The notes: generated by a model not told the origin, from the sequence alone. A DNA stretch of 59,504 bases, filler included, from Sphacelaria rigidula (GCA_964200075.2; 9 parts of 9 records of this genome joined end to end with filler, not necessarily neighbours in it), one strand, 5' to 3'. Numbered from the whole stretch's first letter, positions 13,308 through 25,928 are shown. Made by a program: numbers and translations.

Positions 13308-14279
13308 CCATCACATTAACGCGCATAAAAAAAAAACGTGTGAAAAGCCAAAGCCAAGTTTCAGCGTGCACTGGTGGCATCTTTGCAACTCAAAATAGCC
13401 ACTCATAAAAGTGCTGTCCATCAGTGTTCCCCCCACTCCCCGTCACTCGCAGGATACGAAGTACGCGGGATGAAATTGGTACAATGACCCGGGGTTCAAT
13501 CACACGGTCTCGCGGGGAAGACAGTTGATGAAGGCACAGTAGAACAGCAGGGCTCGCGCACACAGCTCGTCATTTTTTTGCATATGGTTGTTTTGTACTG
13601 GTGAAGTGTGAATTAAAAAAACAAGACGGCAGACATGCTTTGTACGCGATATGAAGGAAACGGGCTACATGGCAACAGAACATGTGCAAATAGGTACCGA
13701 TACATCGCTTTGTGTATCAGTGTGAAAGTACAGGAGCTGAAGCGTTCGTTTACTTCTCTCCATCATGGGACCACTTGAGCAGATGATCAGTCAGCGAGAG
13801 ATGGTTTTGTAGTCGGCACAAGCCAGGTTCAGTGGCGCCAATCTTCCACTGTGGGGCAACAACATTTTCCCACGTGGCACGCTTCAAATCCTCGTTCGCC
13901 CGCGATACAGTGATCAACATCAAGGACTGCCCCATCCCATATCTTTTTGAGTGCAAATTGTTTGTTTGAAGGAAACATAAATCAACGGCGTAATAAATAA
14001 AGCTTTGGAGACATTTACTGGTGCCACACACATCATTTGTCACAGACCTACAATGGGGCACAACATCTACTCATCGAGTTTCTGACTCCGCTGTTCGAGC
14101 ATGGACAAGGCAAAGAGGTCGAGCCGTAGTCGCCTGAGCAAGACCTTCTCCGCTGGGGTCGAGTCGATTCGAAGAATTTTGCACGAGTCGAGACAACGTT
14201 GTGTGAAGACGCGCGACATAAAACACACCCACATTCGGTCAACAACTGACTGCATCATTGGCAGTTATCCATAAGCTAG

Positions 14280-14651
14280 TAGAGCTCGGGAATGGTTTGT
14301 CTAACCATTGACCAATTGACCGCTTACGCGTAGCGCACTCATTAACCAGTTAAATGGTATACAATGGTTTGTTCATCGAGCGGCGTAGCCGCGAGCCAAG
14401 AAGCCCTCCCCGGCAGAGGGGGCCCCGCTGGAGGCGCCGTGCCGGAGGCACGTCTGTGAGCAATTTGGCTTCACCAGAGCTTAAAAATACGTCAAAATTA
14501 GGCCAATTTTCAAGGGCCGTATGTAGCATAGGTAGCCAGTAACGGTAAATGATGGTTTGAAACCATCATCCAAAATAATCATCCAACCATTACCATTATT
14601 ACCATTATAATGATGATGGCCAGTTATAGCTAGTACCATTTTCGAGCTCTA
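14280..14651. mobile_element. Non-autonomous hAT-like MITE
   Basis: Terminal inverted repeats TAGAGCTCGGGAATGGT … ACCATTTTCGAGCTCTA (15/17 match), with internal AATGGT/ACCATT subterminal motifs. The 8-bp flanks are only partly similar. Confidence 0.6.
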
Positions 14652-15936
14652 TTATTTAGCGAAGCACCTTCTCGAAGAAGAAAAATCTAGTTTTGGAGTA
14701 CAGAACGCCCGACAATGGTTAAGCGTGACTTCAGTAGCGACGCCAACCACCGTTACTGCTCGTTATTTTTTCGGTAGAACGGTTCCATTCCCATTCTGTG
14801 GCTTTCCGGGGGACGGGAATTGCCGTGCCGAAGTCCTGTGGTAAGCTCTGCGTACGATACCGCAAGTGTGCTTGAGCTGGCACGGGGGCTCGCAAAAATA
14901 ACGAAAATGAAATGATGAACTCAATTTCCGCACGGGGGTGCGCTCATCTCGGGAAACTCCGGCTTCGGGCGTGAGATGGCTACCGCTAGTGACTCCGCGA
15001 GACTATGGAGCAGAAGATGGAGGAATACGGGATGTCGCGATCAAAACGGTTTTGTACGAATCGCAACATGTATGATGGAGGCTCCACTCAAGATGCATGA
15101 CACCTTGGCGGTGCACACGTCCAACTTGTTTTTTGTCGTTGTTGAAATAGATTGGGTTGAGTTGATGCGACTGTGTGTTGTGTGGAAGGATGTGTTTACA
15201 TCTGATTTGTAACGGTGCGCGAAGTGCAGGCGGAGTCCGTATAGTAACCCTGTATTAGTGACTCCGTGATTTGGTTCAATATCGCACGGGGTGCGCTTGA
15301 AAGGCAAGAAGCAAGCGAGTTGAAGTAAATTCTTCCGCACGGGGGTCAATGAGATGGCACGGCGGTGGGCAAAACCACCATCATATGATGGGAATTATTT
15401 TCGAAGCAATCGCGCCGGGGTGCCAAGTCAAGCACGCTTTCGCTAATCGGGACTGTTCGTCCGTTCACCGTGTCAAATGTCAAAATGATCTCCGGGGGGG
15501 ATCGTAGCCCAAGCACATAAGAAATGTTGGCACGTCCACCTGCGCAAATATATGCGGGAGTTTCCGTCAGATTGGACGGAAATACACTGCTGCCGTTGAC
15601 AAGAAGTGTCGATTGAGTGGTTGTGAGATGCCTTGTCGTGAAGAGCCCTGTTCTTTTTGTCTCAAAACAGGTCGTTTGCGTTTTGTGGGAGAACGAGCAC
15701 TGCAAAGGACCAAAGTTGAGCCTCTTCATCACTTTCAGCCAACGTTGCGCCCATCTCACCTGCGATCACTTTCCATGGTGTCCTTGAAGCCAGAAATATC
15801 GCTAATATTTGATTCGACGCCACAACAAAGCAAATGGAGGCATTGCAACAAGTAACAACCGACCTGCCCCCCCATTGTCCCCGTCCCCGCCCGCCCGCCC
15901 GCCCGCCCCTTGGTGCTCTCTGCAACACTACATCAG

Positions 15937-18437
15937 ATTGGTTCCAAGTTTTGGGAGGTAATTTCCGATGAGCATGGCATCGACCCTACGGGGGCCTACC
16001 ATGGCGACTCCGACCTACAGCTGGAGCGCATCAATTGCTACTACAATGAAGCCACGGGCGGGCGCTACGTGCCGCGCGCTATTCTCATGGACCTGGAGCC
16101 GGGAACCATGGACTCTGTGCGCGCGGGGCCCTTCGGACAGCTGTTCCGCCCCGACAACTTCGTGTTCGGCCAGACGGGTGCAGGAAACAATTGGGCCAAG
16201 GGACACTACACCGAGGGTGCGGAGCTGATCGACTCGGTACTAGATGTCGTCCGCAAGGAGTCGGAGTCTTGCGACGCTCTCCAGGGCTTCCAGCTCACCC
16301 ACTCCATGGGCGGCGGCACCGGAGCAGGAATGGGCACCCTGTTGATATCAAAGGTTCGCGAGGAGTACCCCGACCGAGTCATGTCCACGTACTCGGTGAT
16401 CCCGTCACCGAAAGTGTCCGACACGGTGGTGGAGCCGTACAACGCCACGCTTTCCGTGCACCAGCTCGTAGAGAACGCCGATCAGTGTTTCACCCTTGAC
16501 AACGAGGCACTGTACGATATCTGCTTCCGCACGCTCAAGCTCACCACGCCCACCTACGGTGACCTCAACCACCTCGTCAGCGCGGCCATCTGCGGCACCA
16601 CGTGTTCGCTGCGCTTCCCGGGCCAGCTGAACTGCGATCTGCGCAAACTCGCTGTCAACATGGTGCCCTTCCCGCGTCTGCACTTCTTCATGATCGGCTT
16701 CTCGCCGCTCACGTCTCGCGGGTCCCAGCAGTATCGCGCGTTGACGGTGCCAGAGTTGACCCAGCAGTGCTTCGACTCCAAGAACATGATGTGCGCGGCC
16801 GACCCTCGCCACGGGCGATACCTCACCTGCGCGGTCATGTTCCGCGGGCGTATGTCAACGAAGGAAGTCGACGAGCAGGTGAAAAATGACCGAAATCTAT
16901 CCATAACGTCTGCATGCATAGATGCACGGCAACTGTTTTGAAGTAGGACATGAGAGAATTGCACGAGTAGCACATGCGCTAGAAGTACGTATGGACGCGT
17001 ACACGAGAGATTTCGCCACCAACGCGAAGCTGAGCGTAGCTGGCTATTTCCGGGGAGTTAGTAGTAGAAGCTGAGCATAGCTGGCTATTTCCGGGGAGCT
17101 GAGGCTAGATGTCTGCCGCAAACTTGCCAACAGCACCTCTCGAATTAGTTGTTTTTGTATGTTTTCACTGGCCGCAACGTTGTGTTGGTTCAAGTGTCGA
17201 CTATTCCCTGCGACGGTATGTACGTGCTCTGCCGCCGCGGCCCTGCGTGTTTTACTCTTGTGCCGGCGGAAGTTCACTCTTTTCCACTCCTTTTCTGCCG
17301 ACACCTTGCACTGGTTGACGCCACGTCCCCGCCCCTTGTCATTACAAACGAAAGATGCTGAACGTCGTGAACAAGAACTCATCGTACTTCGTGGAGTGGA
17401 TCCCCAACAACGTGAAGGCTTCCATTTGCGACATCCCGCCCAAGGGGCTGAAGATGTCGACTACCTTTGTCGGCAACACCACTGCCATCCAAGAGGTATG
17501 GAAGCGAGTGGCGGAGCAGTTTACGGCGATGTTCCGGCGTAAGGCCTTCCTCCACTGGTGAGTCCTGTCTCCTGTCTCTTCGTCCTTTCCCACTACATGC
17601 CTTTCGGATGGTGGCACATGGGCTTCTCGCAAGCAAGCAGATCCAGCCCTGTGCTCACCACTGTCAATTTCGTGAGACGTTCTCGACGTGCCTCTTGTTT
17701 GCGCCGGCGCCATTCGTCCCACTGAAATTTGCTGACATATTAATGTCTCGGGTCTCGGAGATGGTAACCCTCTGAGACCGAATTCTTATGGGAAATATAT
17801 ATTTTTTACCGACTGTCGTTCAGATTATTCGCGCAAGTTATCGGGCTAATCATTTTTGCAGCCGAATATGCCTACTGTTCCGTTGAAGAGTGCGTGGTCA
17901 CTTCCGGTTGTCGAAAAAGTTGAACCGACCCAAAGGGCCCACAGGGAGCACGCAATTCACATCACCGTGCACCGATAATCATGGATGCGCGAGAGTTACC
18001 AGAGCCGTGGCGGATGTTGTGTGGTGCTGAGATTTTGCTGTTGTTCACCGCTAGACGACACGCGCCAGTCGAGTGCGCATTTGTCACGCTCGAGGTCGCT
18101 GACTTCCCTCCCCTTACGGTACCCTCCACTCTAGAGTGTGGAAAGTCAAGATGTTGCTGCCGTCACGGTACGTGACACACTTACCATGCACACGGTTGCT
18201 GTGGCGTCGACTTTTGAAACCGGTCATGCTTGGTTTGTCATGCACTGTGGGACTGTCAACCGATAATGTTCGTGCTTTCGCAGGTACACCGGAGAGGGCA
18301 TGGACGAGATGGAATTCACCGAAGCCGAGTCCAACATGAACGATCTCGTGTCGGAGTACCAACAATACCAGGACGCCACTGCCGAGGAAGAGGGAGAATT
18401 TGACGAGGATGAGGATCTCGACGACGCCATGGGATAA
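15937..18437 (+). CDS. TUBB: Beta-tubulin, lacking the first exon(s); exons 15937-16878, 17355-17557, 18284-18437 (TAA stop)
   Basis: [19 protein letters not shown]…GGGTGAGMG…RYLT…[60 protein letters not shown] junctions are in phase. I did not find the MREIV…CGNQ exon on this contig. Confidence 0.99.
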
Positions 18438-19542
18438 GCCGAGGAAAGATGCATGGCTCGGGCTGTAACGTTATGACTTAGTTTGAAACCCTTTAGTCGA
18501 TGAAAGCAAGGCCAAGGAGGGTTGCACGTGGAGTTCAGCCCCCCATCCCCTCCACTCATTGTCCAATGTGGAGTAAATACTCTTTGCAAAAAAATGTGTC
18601 CACTGTAGTTTGTATACACACTGCGGATAACGTTGGCCCCACGCTTTCTGTGATTAGTGCTTCTGCGCGTCCGTTGAGGCATTCGTTGGCACATGGTGCG
18701 GGTCCAGCTAATGATGCGAACAGTAGATGGGATCAGTAGAGATCTCGGCGCTCGAGAAGCGTCAACGGTTTGTGTGCCGAAGAGGAAGATGTAGAAAATA
18801 CTTGGAAATATGTAATCAAATCAAATCTCATGAGTAGGGCGGTGGCCTTTTATTAGGCTAGCTGGGCGATAGTACTATGCTGTCGTCCATTTCGTGCATG
18901 TAGGCCTCGGCCTTTTGGAACAGTTCAACTATCAACCAGGGTATTGAAGCCGAAGCACTGCTTCTACTTTTGACCCGCACATTTGAAAAACCGACGGCCT
19001 TGTCACGAGAGTTCGGGACGAGACAGGACGGAACAGGAATTCCCGTCTCTTCCGTCCTTACACGAATATATATATATATACATATATAACAGTGTTTTCG
19101 TGAGATTGAGAGTGGAGGATACGATTGAGAGTGAAACGCGGTCAATTGGTGAATGAATGGTTTCAGTTCCGGAGTGTCCTTCCACGAGGCCTGATATGCT
19201 TTCTTGGGTAACTTGCCAGTGATACAGGCAAAAAAAAGCACACAAGGAATGGAAAAATGGCCAAGTTAGAGGGAATAATGAAACCCACTCTCACTCAGCG
19301 ATCTACTCTTGATCTCACGAATGCGTTGTTACATGTAACACCCCGGAACAAGCGCGATGAGACCACAATATTATGCAGCGGTGCTTGGACGTGCTCGCCA
19401 AGCAGAAACACCCGCCTTCGAGGTACTAAGGAACGCAGGTACAACAAACTAAGCCAAACATACTGTTCTTAGTACTACTGTGACGTACTCACGTTTTGGA
19501 CGGTGAATATCAGATACTTGAGAAAATGAAGTTTAATTGTAT

Positions 19543-19620
19543 GCACCTAGTGCGGATCGACCCCGCGTTTTCCTCGCGCTCATGGTGCTGAGTCGTGCCT
19601 TACCATCAGACCATCAGATC
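19543..19620 (-). mobile_element. tRNA-derived SINE head / tRNA-like remnant
   Basis: Minus strand shows an A-box-like TGGTCTGATGG and a B-box-like GGGTCGATCC at Pol III spacing. No intact cloverleaf. Confidence 0.5.
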
Positions 19621-20269
19621 GCGGCTTCAAAAAGCAGTCGGGTTGGAGCAAAGGGTATGACTCTAGCATAGGGTGAGTACTTGTTTCTGCTATACAAATA
19701 CTTCGATGAAAAAAAATAAAAATATCAAAGCTGTGACGAAGCGTACACGCGTTTTTGGAGCTAGAGCATNNNNNNNNNNNNNNNNNNNNNNNNNNNNNNN
19801 NNNNNNNNNNNNNTTAATTAATTAANNNNNNNNNNNNNNNNNNNNNNNNNNNNNNNNNNNNNNNNNNNNCGCTGGTGTTTCGGGTCTTCCGTGCAAGAGA
19901 GAAATGCCACTTCAACCCCGTATTTTGTATGAACCCCAAAATTTAAAATCGGCTGTTCAGACTGGGTATTAGTGGGGTACAGCAGCGTCACCGAAAATGT
20001 CGAACGCACGGCCTAATTCGACGAGTCTTGAGCTGAAATTTTGAGAAGACCTTTTGCACCCAAGGATCTGATACTTCACGAGTCCAGCTGAAGATTCTCT
20101 TTTCCCCCTGGACTTATGGCATTATCTAGTTTTGTCTGAAATTTCGAATCCCCATACGTTCCTTAATTTTGATTTTCTTATTTGCTGGACCCGTGATCTT
20201 CTGCATTTTGATCATAAAAAGCTGCTGTCAAATTTCAGCGTCCAACTCCTAATATCGCGCCGTGCGTCG

Positions 20270-20585
20270 CCTGAGCGAGGTTCACGCCTACTCTTGGCTG
20301 GCCCAGCTCGTAGTGCATCGCTCATGCGTCCCCGACCCACACGTTGCAATTTCAAAGAAATACATGAGTACGTTATCGATGCATGATAATAAAATAGTAA
20401 GATACCAAGATGCGCGCAGACCATGATGTACACACACGAACGCATGTACAAATAATACGTTGGTGATACCTGGTAGTCGGTTGGCATTTCGTAGTACACC
20501 CAACACATAGCAACCCGATTCTGTATAGTTATAATTATTTGCTCTCTCAGCAGGGCGTGTACGCAGAAGATCTATATTCTATACT
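20270..20585 (+). repeat. Interspersed repeat; second copy at about 32490-32825
   Basis: Long colinear similarity (CGCTCATGCGTCCC…TACATGAGTACGTTAT…GATACCAAGATGCGC…GTTGGTGATACCTGGTAGTCGG…TTGCTCTCTCAGCAGG…GATCTATATTCT) on two different contigs. Confidence 0.9.
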
Positions 20586-21103
20586 AGAGTATATATTAAT
20601 AAACAGTAATACACATATTAAACTGATGATCCGGCACGAATCCAGCCGCGTTCGCAGGGCGGACATCATGAAGGTGTTAAGACATGTTGACTCATTGTGT
20701 CAAGAAGAGAGACAAAGCTTATACAAAACCGTTCGAATGGAGAAGGACGGCAGGGAGACGAAAAAACAAAAAAACAACACCAACATAAGAAAACAAAGGA
20801 CAACCAACGAAATGAAAAACAAAACTACAGAACAGCAGCGGAGCCACCGAATTCGTCCACGAGGTCACAAGGTCGTGTCACCCTTGGCACCTCTTCAAAG
20901 GCACAAGGATTCCGATATTCGCTTGTTCTATGTTCTATGGTTGGGTGTGGTGTGGCGGTGCATGCTGCCGTGGCGCTGAACTTGCGCTTACATCGCGTGC
21001 GTATTATGATAACGTATGCACACTCTTCTTGAATCCATGTATCATATATATCATGCGAGTATCACATATGCTAATCTCACACTAATTGTGGTACAAGTTA
21101 AGC

Positions 21104-21447
21104 CCGTGACGGTTGTGACGTCCATTCAGACGTCACAAACGAATAATAATGTGACGTGCAACGTTTATTGTGACGTGCAACGTTTATTGTGACGTGCAAC
21201 GTATAAAATACGTCACACGTTACAGGAAATGTTTCACAATACGTTAATATGACGTATAAAATAAATACGTCACGTTACGTCACATTTGTGACGTATCGAA
21301 GAATTGAACGTTACGTCGCGTATTGTTTTTCACCGGTAGGTTACGTTACGCCACTTTTGTGAAGAATTCGAAAAATGTACGTTACGTTACGTCACACCCT
21401 TGTGACCTAACGTTTGTGACGTGTGACGTGTGACGTAAAGAGCCATG
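21104..21447 (-). mobile_element. GTGACGT/ACGTCAC-motif-rich non-autonomous element (hAT-like); related copy at about 32054-32390 (+)
   Basis: Dense TGTGACGT/ACGTTACGT motifs in both orientations. The copies share the terminus CA(G/T)GGCTCTTTAC. Confidence 0.65.
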
Positions 21448-21811
21448 AAAAAAACAATGCCGCTGCACTATTCGGAGGTGATTTGTGGCCTCGCTCATCT
21501 TAACAAGAAACCTATCCGCATTTTTTAGGATCCCGTGATAAAAGGGGATTCTGACAAATGAGAACCACCGTTTTTGCCTCGGGGATGAACATAGACCGAA
21601 AATGTTCGATATGAACACGGAACCTCACAGATTGCGGATGTATTCTTTTGTGGATGAGCGAGGCCACACATCACGACCGGAGAATGCATTTGCATTTCCC
21701 CCCCGAAAATATTTCGATGCTTATAAAGGTTCCCAAGATTCATCCACAAAAACGAATCTCTCCTCAATTTGTGAAACCCTGTGTTACTTGGTAATATTGT
21801 ATCCATGAACT

Positions 21812-22214
21812 CAGACTTTACAACTAGAACATCACACTGTACAACTAGATCGCCAGACTGTACAACTATAAAGCACTAGACTGTACAACTAGAGCACCAG
21901 ACTGTACAACTAGAGTACCTGACTATGCAACTATAGCACCAAACTGTACAACTAAAGCACTAGGCTCTACAACTAGAGTGCCACACCGTACAACTAAAGT
22001 ACCAGACTGTACAACTAAAGCTCGAGACCGTACAACTAGAGGACCAGACTGTACAACTAGAGGGCCAGTTTGTGTAACTACAACATCAGACTGTGCAACT
22101 AGAGTAGCAGACTGAACAACTAAAACATCAGACTCCAAAAGCAGAGCACCATACTGTACAACTGAAGTACCAGACTGTACAACTAAAGTACCAGAATGCA
22201 CAACTCGAGTACCG
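21812..22214. repeat. 21-bp minisatellite (consensus ACTAGAGCACCAGACTGTACA), about 19 copies
   Basis: Directly visible tandem units with a conserved TGTACAACT core. Confidence 0.95.
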
Positions 22215-22216
22215 AC

Positions 22217-25200
22217 ACAGCTCTCGCGGGAGTCGATCTTCCGTAGGGGCATACCGTGGTATTCCCGGACCAAATACTCTGCAATGGTTATGCGTTTCAC
22301 GTCCACACACATGGTGTTGTACTCCCCACGCTTTGGTCGTTCGCCACAGGTGTTCTCCTGGAAGGTAAGCGATGCCACGTACGACCTCGGATCGTCTAAA
22401 GGCAGCCAACCTAGATCGTACATAGCGATGCTGAGCGAGATGACCGACCGCAATGAAAAGTGCACCGGAAGGGCAAACGAGGACGCCGGAGAGGGTCGAA
22501 TGGACAGTGAGTGAAGAATAACGCACGGAAAACCACACCAGCATGAAGCAAAACACACAAGTACTCATAACTTTTGAAAACAAGCGCTGTGTCTTTTCGT
22601 TGGCAATGGCTTGCAGTTTAATTAATGCAAGTGCACACAGTTCCGAAAACAATCTTGCGTGCATGCGTGCGTGCGTTCGTGTGCGCGTGCGTGTATGTGA
22701 GTGCTTTGTTTCCAAACATGAACTTGTCGTCTATGCAGCTGTTGATGGAAGTGCAATGAAGGCAATGAATTAGAGTACGCACCGTTTTGAAAACAAAGCT
22801 GCCTGATTTTTCCTATTTTTTTGGTTCTCAACGTAAACCATTCCGATCGTAGGGTTGGGTGTGTACAGCAGTCAAGATAGGTACTTGGAACGTATTTTCG
22901 TGCCGATGAACAGCCACATATCGGTAGCTTAACGAACACTACCCCCCGCACAGATGCGCATACGCAAATGTCGTAATCCATTACACCCATGGACCCATTT
23001 GTGTCGGGAAATAATGGTGATGGACTGCTCTCCTCCACCCTCCTCTCCCATTGTGAGACGGGTCTCGTAACTAACTGTTCTCAGATGCGGCATCGAAACC
23101 TACTCTTCTTCTCTCCCCCCTCCCCCCCGCCCGTTTCCATATATGTGTTATCATCCCATCTATTCTGGACGCCAATCTACACCTTTCAGTATCTGTCGGC
23201 GCATCAGCCGGGGTGACACAGAAGGACGCCCAAAGCAGGATCTTTTTTTCTTCTCTCTTGTTATAGTACTCCACCTTTATTCTGCGGTGCTTGCCTTATG
23301 TGTTAAATCGCGAGAGGGTTTACAGCAGTCCGTTTTCCTCGTCGACCATTAAGTCGAATTTTGTGTCCCCACAACATAGTCGCTCTCCACTGTTGGGTAT
23401 GGTGTGAGATTTGGACCCACGACCCAACCGTCAGAAGGTTTCGAGCTTACCAACTGAGCCACCGAGGCGATCGGTTTTCATATGCAAGATACTTTGTACG
23501 CTTCAGGCCGAACAATCTCAGCAAGATGCAGCTCACCTTTCATGCGACTCGCCGAACACATCACGGCGGACTGCGCTCGATAATTGATTGCGAGCCCGGT
23601 CCGGCGAAAACCCGGCGTGGTCCGCCCCGGCTTTGTAGGGATGCGAGATCAATGGCCATATAACTACGGCACGCGAGATCATGAGTACCCCCCCCCCCCC
23701 CCCCCCTTCACGCACATACATTCTATACCCAAAATAATTGTGCAAAGCGATAGAGCGGAGGATGATGCCGGAGAGAGTTGATTGGAAAGTGACTACTGAT
23801 ATTCCCCCCCACACCAGGGGTGGTAGTGGTGGCAGGATCAAAACATTGTGTGAGAAGCCGGCGGTCCATGCGTTGTGGTATATAGTACAGCCCCGTCAGT
23901 TCGGGTCGATAAATCGAATAAAAACATCAGCTCGCCCAGTACGAAGTGATTATTTCGCCAGGGACGCTAAAGAAACGTCAAATTGCAGTCCAGCTTCTAG
24001 CTCCGTACACTAATCGTGATCCTACCTCTACATGCGTATAGCGACGATGACAGGCGTTCTTTTTTTCGCTGGCGCATGCATGTGTTTGCCCTTGAACTGA
24101 TTGGCCGGGGTCCCTCTTCGTGAGCATACTTAGTTTCAGACGATTCCATTTTTGTTATTCAGGTGCTATATTTTCTTGATATTTATCGACCATATGAATA
24201 CCCACGATCACCCTTGGAACAAACAGGCGATGAAAAATAGTTGAGGGGGCTATGTGGTGCCACAACAGGCATACGAAAAACATTTCTCGCCACTGAACTA
24301 TCAAGAGCAACTTATTTCACGCAAGAAAACGCTCATGAAATATGTGAGAGCACGCCGCGATGTTTATTCCAATGGACTAGGGAAATCTCAAACAAATGTT
24401 GGAACGGGGATGTCCTGACCCATATATTCTTGTGCAGCTCCTGATGTTGGGAACCCCTCAATGAGAATCATCTGCGACCAAATAAGCGACCCTTACCCCG
24501 TGGCATGACTCAGCCCTGGATCTGGAATGACGAAGATTATCCCCAACTGACAGTCTCCGTCTCGGGAGGGATGCGTGGTCAATGGTCACATGACTACGGC
24601 AAGCAACAAATGGGTACGCCCCCCCCCCGCCCCCCCGCGCCATGAGCCTGGTCTGGCGAAAACCCGGCGTGCTCCGTCCCGGCTTTGTAGAGGCGGATCA
24701 GCAAGCGGCTTGGCATCGGTTGGCAATGACGCCGTCAAACGCACCACTTACTGCGTACCCCATGCAACAAGGTTACCGTATTTTTGTTATGCTTGTGTTT
24801 TGTTGCGGTAACCATGATGGTAGTCGAGCTACACCAGATTGTGCGAGGTGAGGAAACCTCAATACCGTGCAAAGGGGATGATCATACTCCGTAGTGTTTG
24901 AATGATGATACACCCATGAGGCAGTGTCGAACCCATGGCTGTCTCTGGAAGTGGCAATACCAGGAAATGAAGCAAGTCATTGGAGGCTATCACTCAAAGT
25001 CACGATGATCAGAACGCTCCGGGCCGAAAGATCTTAGCAGGGTGCAGCTAACCCTTCATGCGACTCGCCGAACATACTACGGCGCTTCGCGCATGGTTGT
25101 TGATTGTAGGGATGCGAGGTCAAAAGTCTTATGACTACGGCATGAATTATCATGCGTACACCCCCTCCAGCCATGAGTACACCCGCCATGAGTATCCTTC

Positions 25201-25666
25201 CCCCCCCACCCCCCTCCTCGCCACCACCACCACGTACATGATATTGAGATATTATGGATAACTGATCCTTTCGCATGGAAGTTTTACACTTTATTTTCTT
25301 AGTTGACGGAGTATCAGCGTGTATTATTACATGAGACCTTGCCCTCTGTTTGAAGTTCTTATTCATAGCACTCCATTTTTTTGTAGTTCCCAGGAGGCCG
25401 ATTCTCAGTCTACATTGCCGGAAGGCAAACTCATCATCGGTAGATGCACGAGTAGAACCAGGTTAAAAATCACAGGCTGGTGGGTGTAATCATGATCTTG
25501 CATGCCGTACTCGTATGGCCATCGACCTCGCATCCCTGCTTCACAGGCTAGTGGGGGATGCGGTTGATGAAAGTCACAACAGTGCCTGTGCGAGCAGCTG
25601 GCATGTATGTATCATGGTGTTGTACTCTCAACTATTCACCCACGTTTCCTTATCAGACAAACGCCG

Positions 25667-25721
<55 letters not shown>

Positions 25722-25928
25722 NNNNNNNNNGGGAGAGGGGGGGCAGGAAGTATCTAGGTTTTTTCCCTCCAACAATTCCCCCCCTTTTCCTTTTCAAACA
25801 AACCCCCCCCCCCCCCCCCCCCCCCTCGTTCGTGCCCCGATCCCCGCGCCGGTCTCTGCCTCTCTTCCAGTCATTAACAGCGAGGTTGCTTACCTGGGGT
25901 ACCAAGCAGCCGAGTCGTACGGCCTGAC
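22217..25928 (-). CDS. Hypothetical protein, partial; exons 25894-25928 and 22217-22430 (possible terminal exon 20878-20934)
   Basis: TAG|GTC…CCCAG|GTAAGC (35 bp) splices in phase to CAG|CATC…TGT|GTCGGT, giving VRPYDSAAWYPSIAMYDLGWLPLDDPRSYVASLTFQENTCGERPKRGEYNTMCVDVKRITIAEYLVREYHGMPLRKIDSRESC. No family recognised. Confidence 0.65.
23140..23474 (-). mobile_element. tRNA-derived SINE, near full length; other copies at 38835-39080 (+), 45036-45125 (-, 3' part), head only at 37880-37955 (+)
   Basis: The 5' head has A-box TGGCTCAGTTGG and a B-box-like GGTCCAAATC (GGTTCGAATC in the 37.9-kb copy). The body and tail (GGTCGACGAGG…AAGGCAAGCACCGCAG…GGTGTAGA..GGCGTCCAGAATAGA.GGGATGA) are shared among copies. 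Confidence 0.75.
23505..23706 (+). repeat. Modular poly-C-tailed interspersed repeat family; copies or fragments at about 24565-24700, 24910-25215, 25495-25540 (-), 26335-26392, 26493-26555 (-), 28220-28520 (-), 39595-39638 (-), 52712-52882, 52983-53040, 55075-55425
   Basis: Shared blocks GCCGAACAATCTTAGCAGGATG, GGTCCGGCGAAAACCCGGCGTG..CCGTCCCGGCTTTGTAGGGATGCGAGGTCAATGG and GACTACGGCA…ATGAGTAC followed by a C-tract. Confidence 0.9.

Noticed and set aside
15968..16973. Overlapping alternative-frame and antisense ORFs on beta-tubulin (and on PRP22 exons)
   Set aside because: These are shadow ORFs caused by GC-rich codon usage.
23395..23474. Functional tRNA gene (also 19543-19620 and 37880-37955)
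   Set aside because: A and B boxes are present but I could not fold an acceptor stem or anticodon arm. The 23.4-kb copy is attached to a repeated SINE body.
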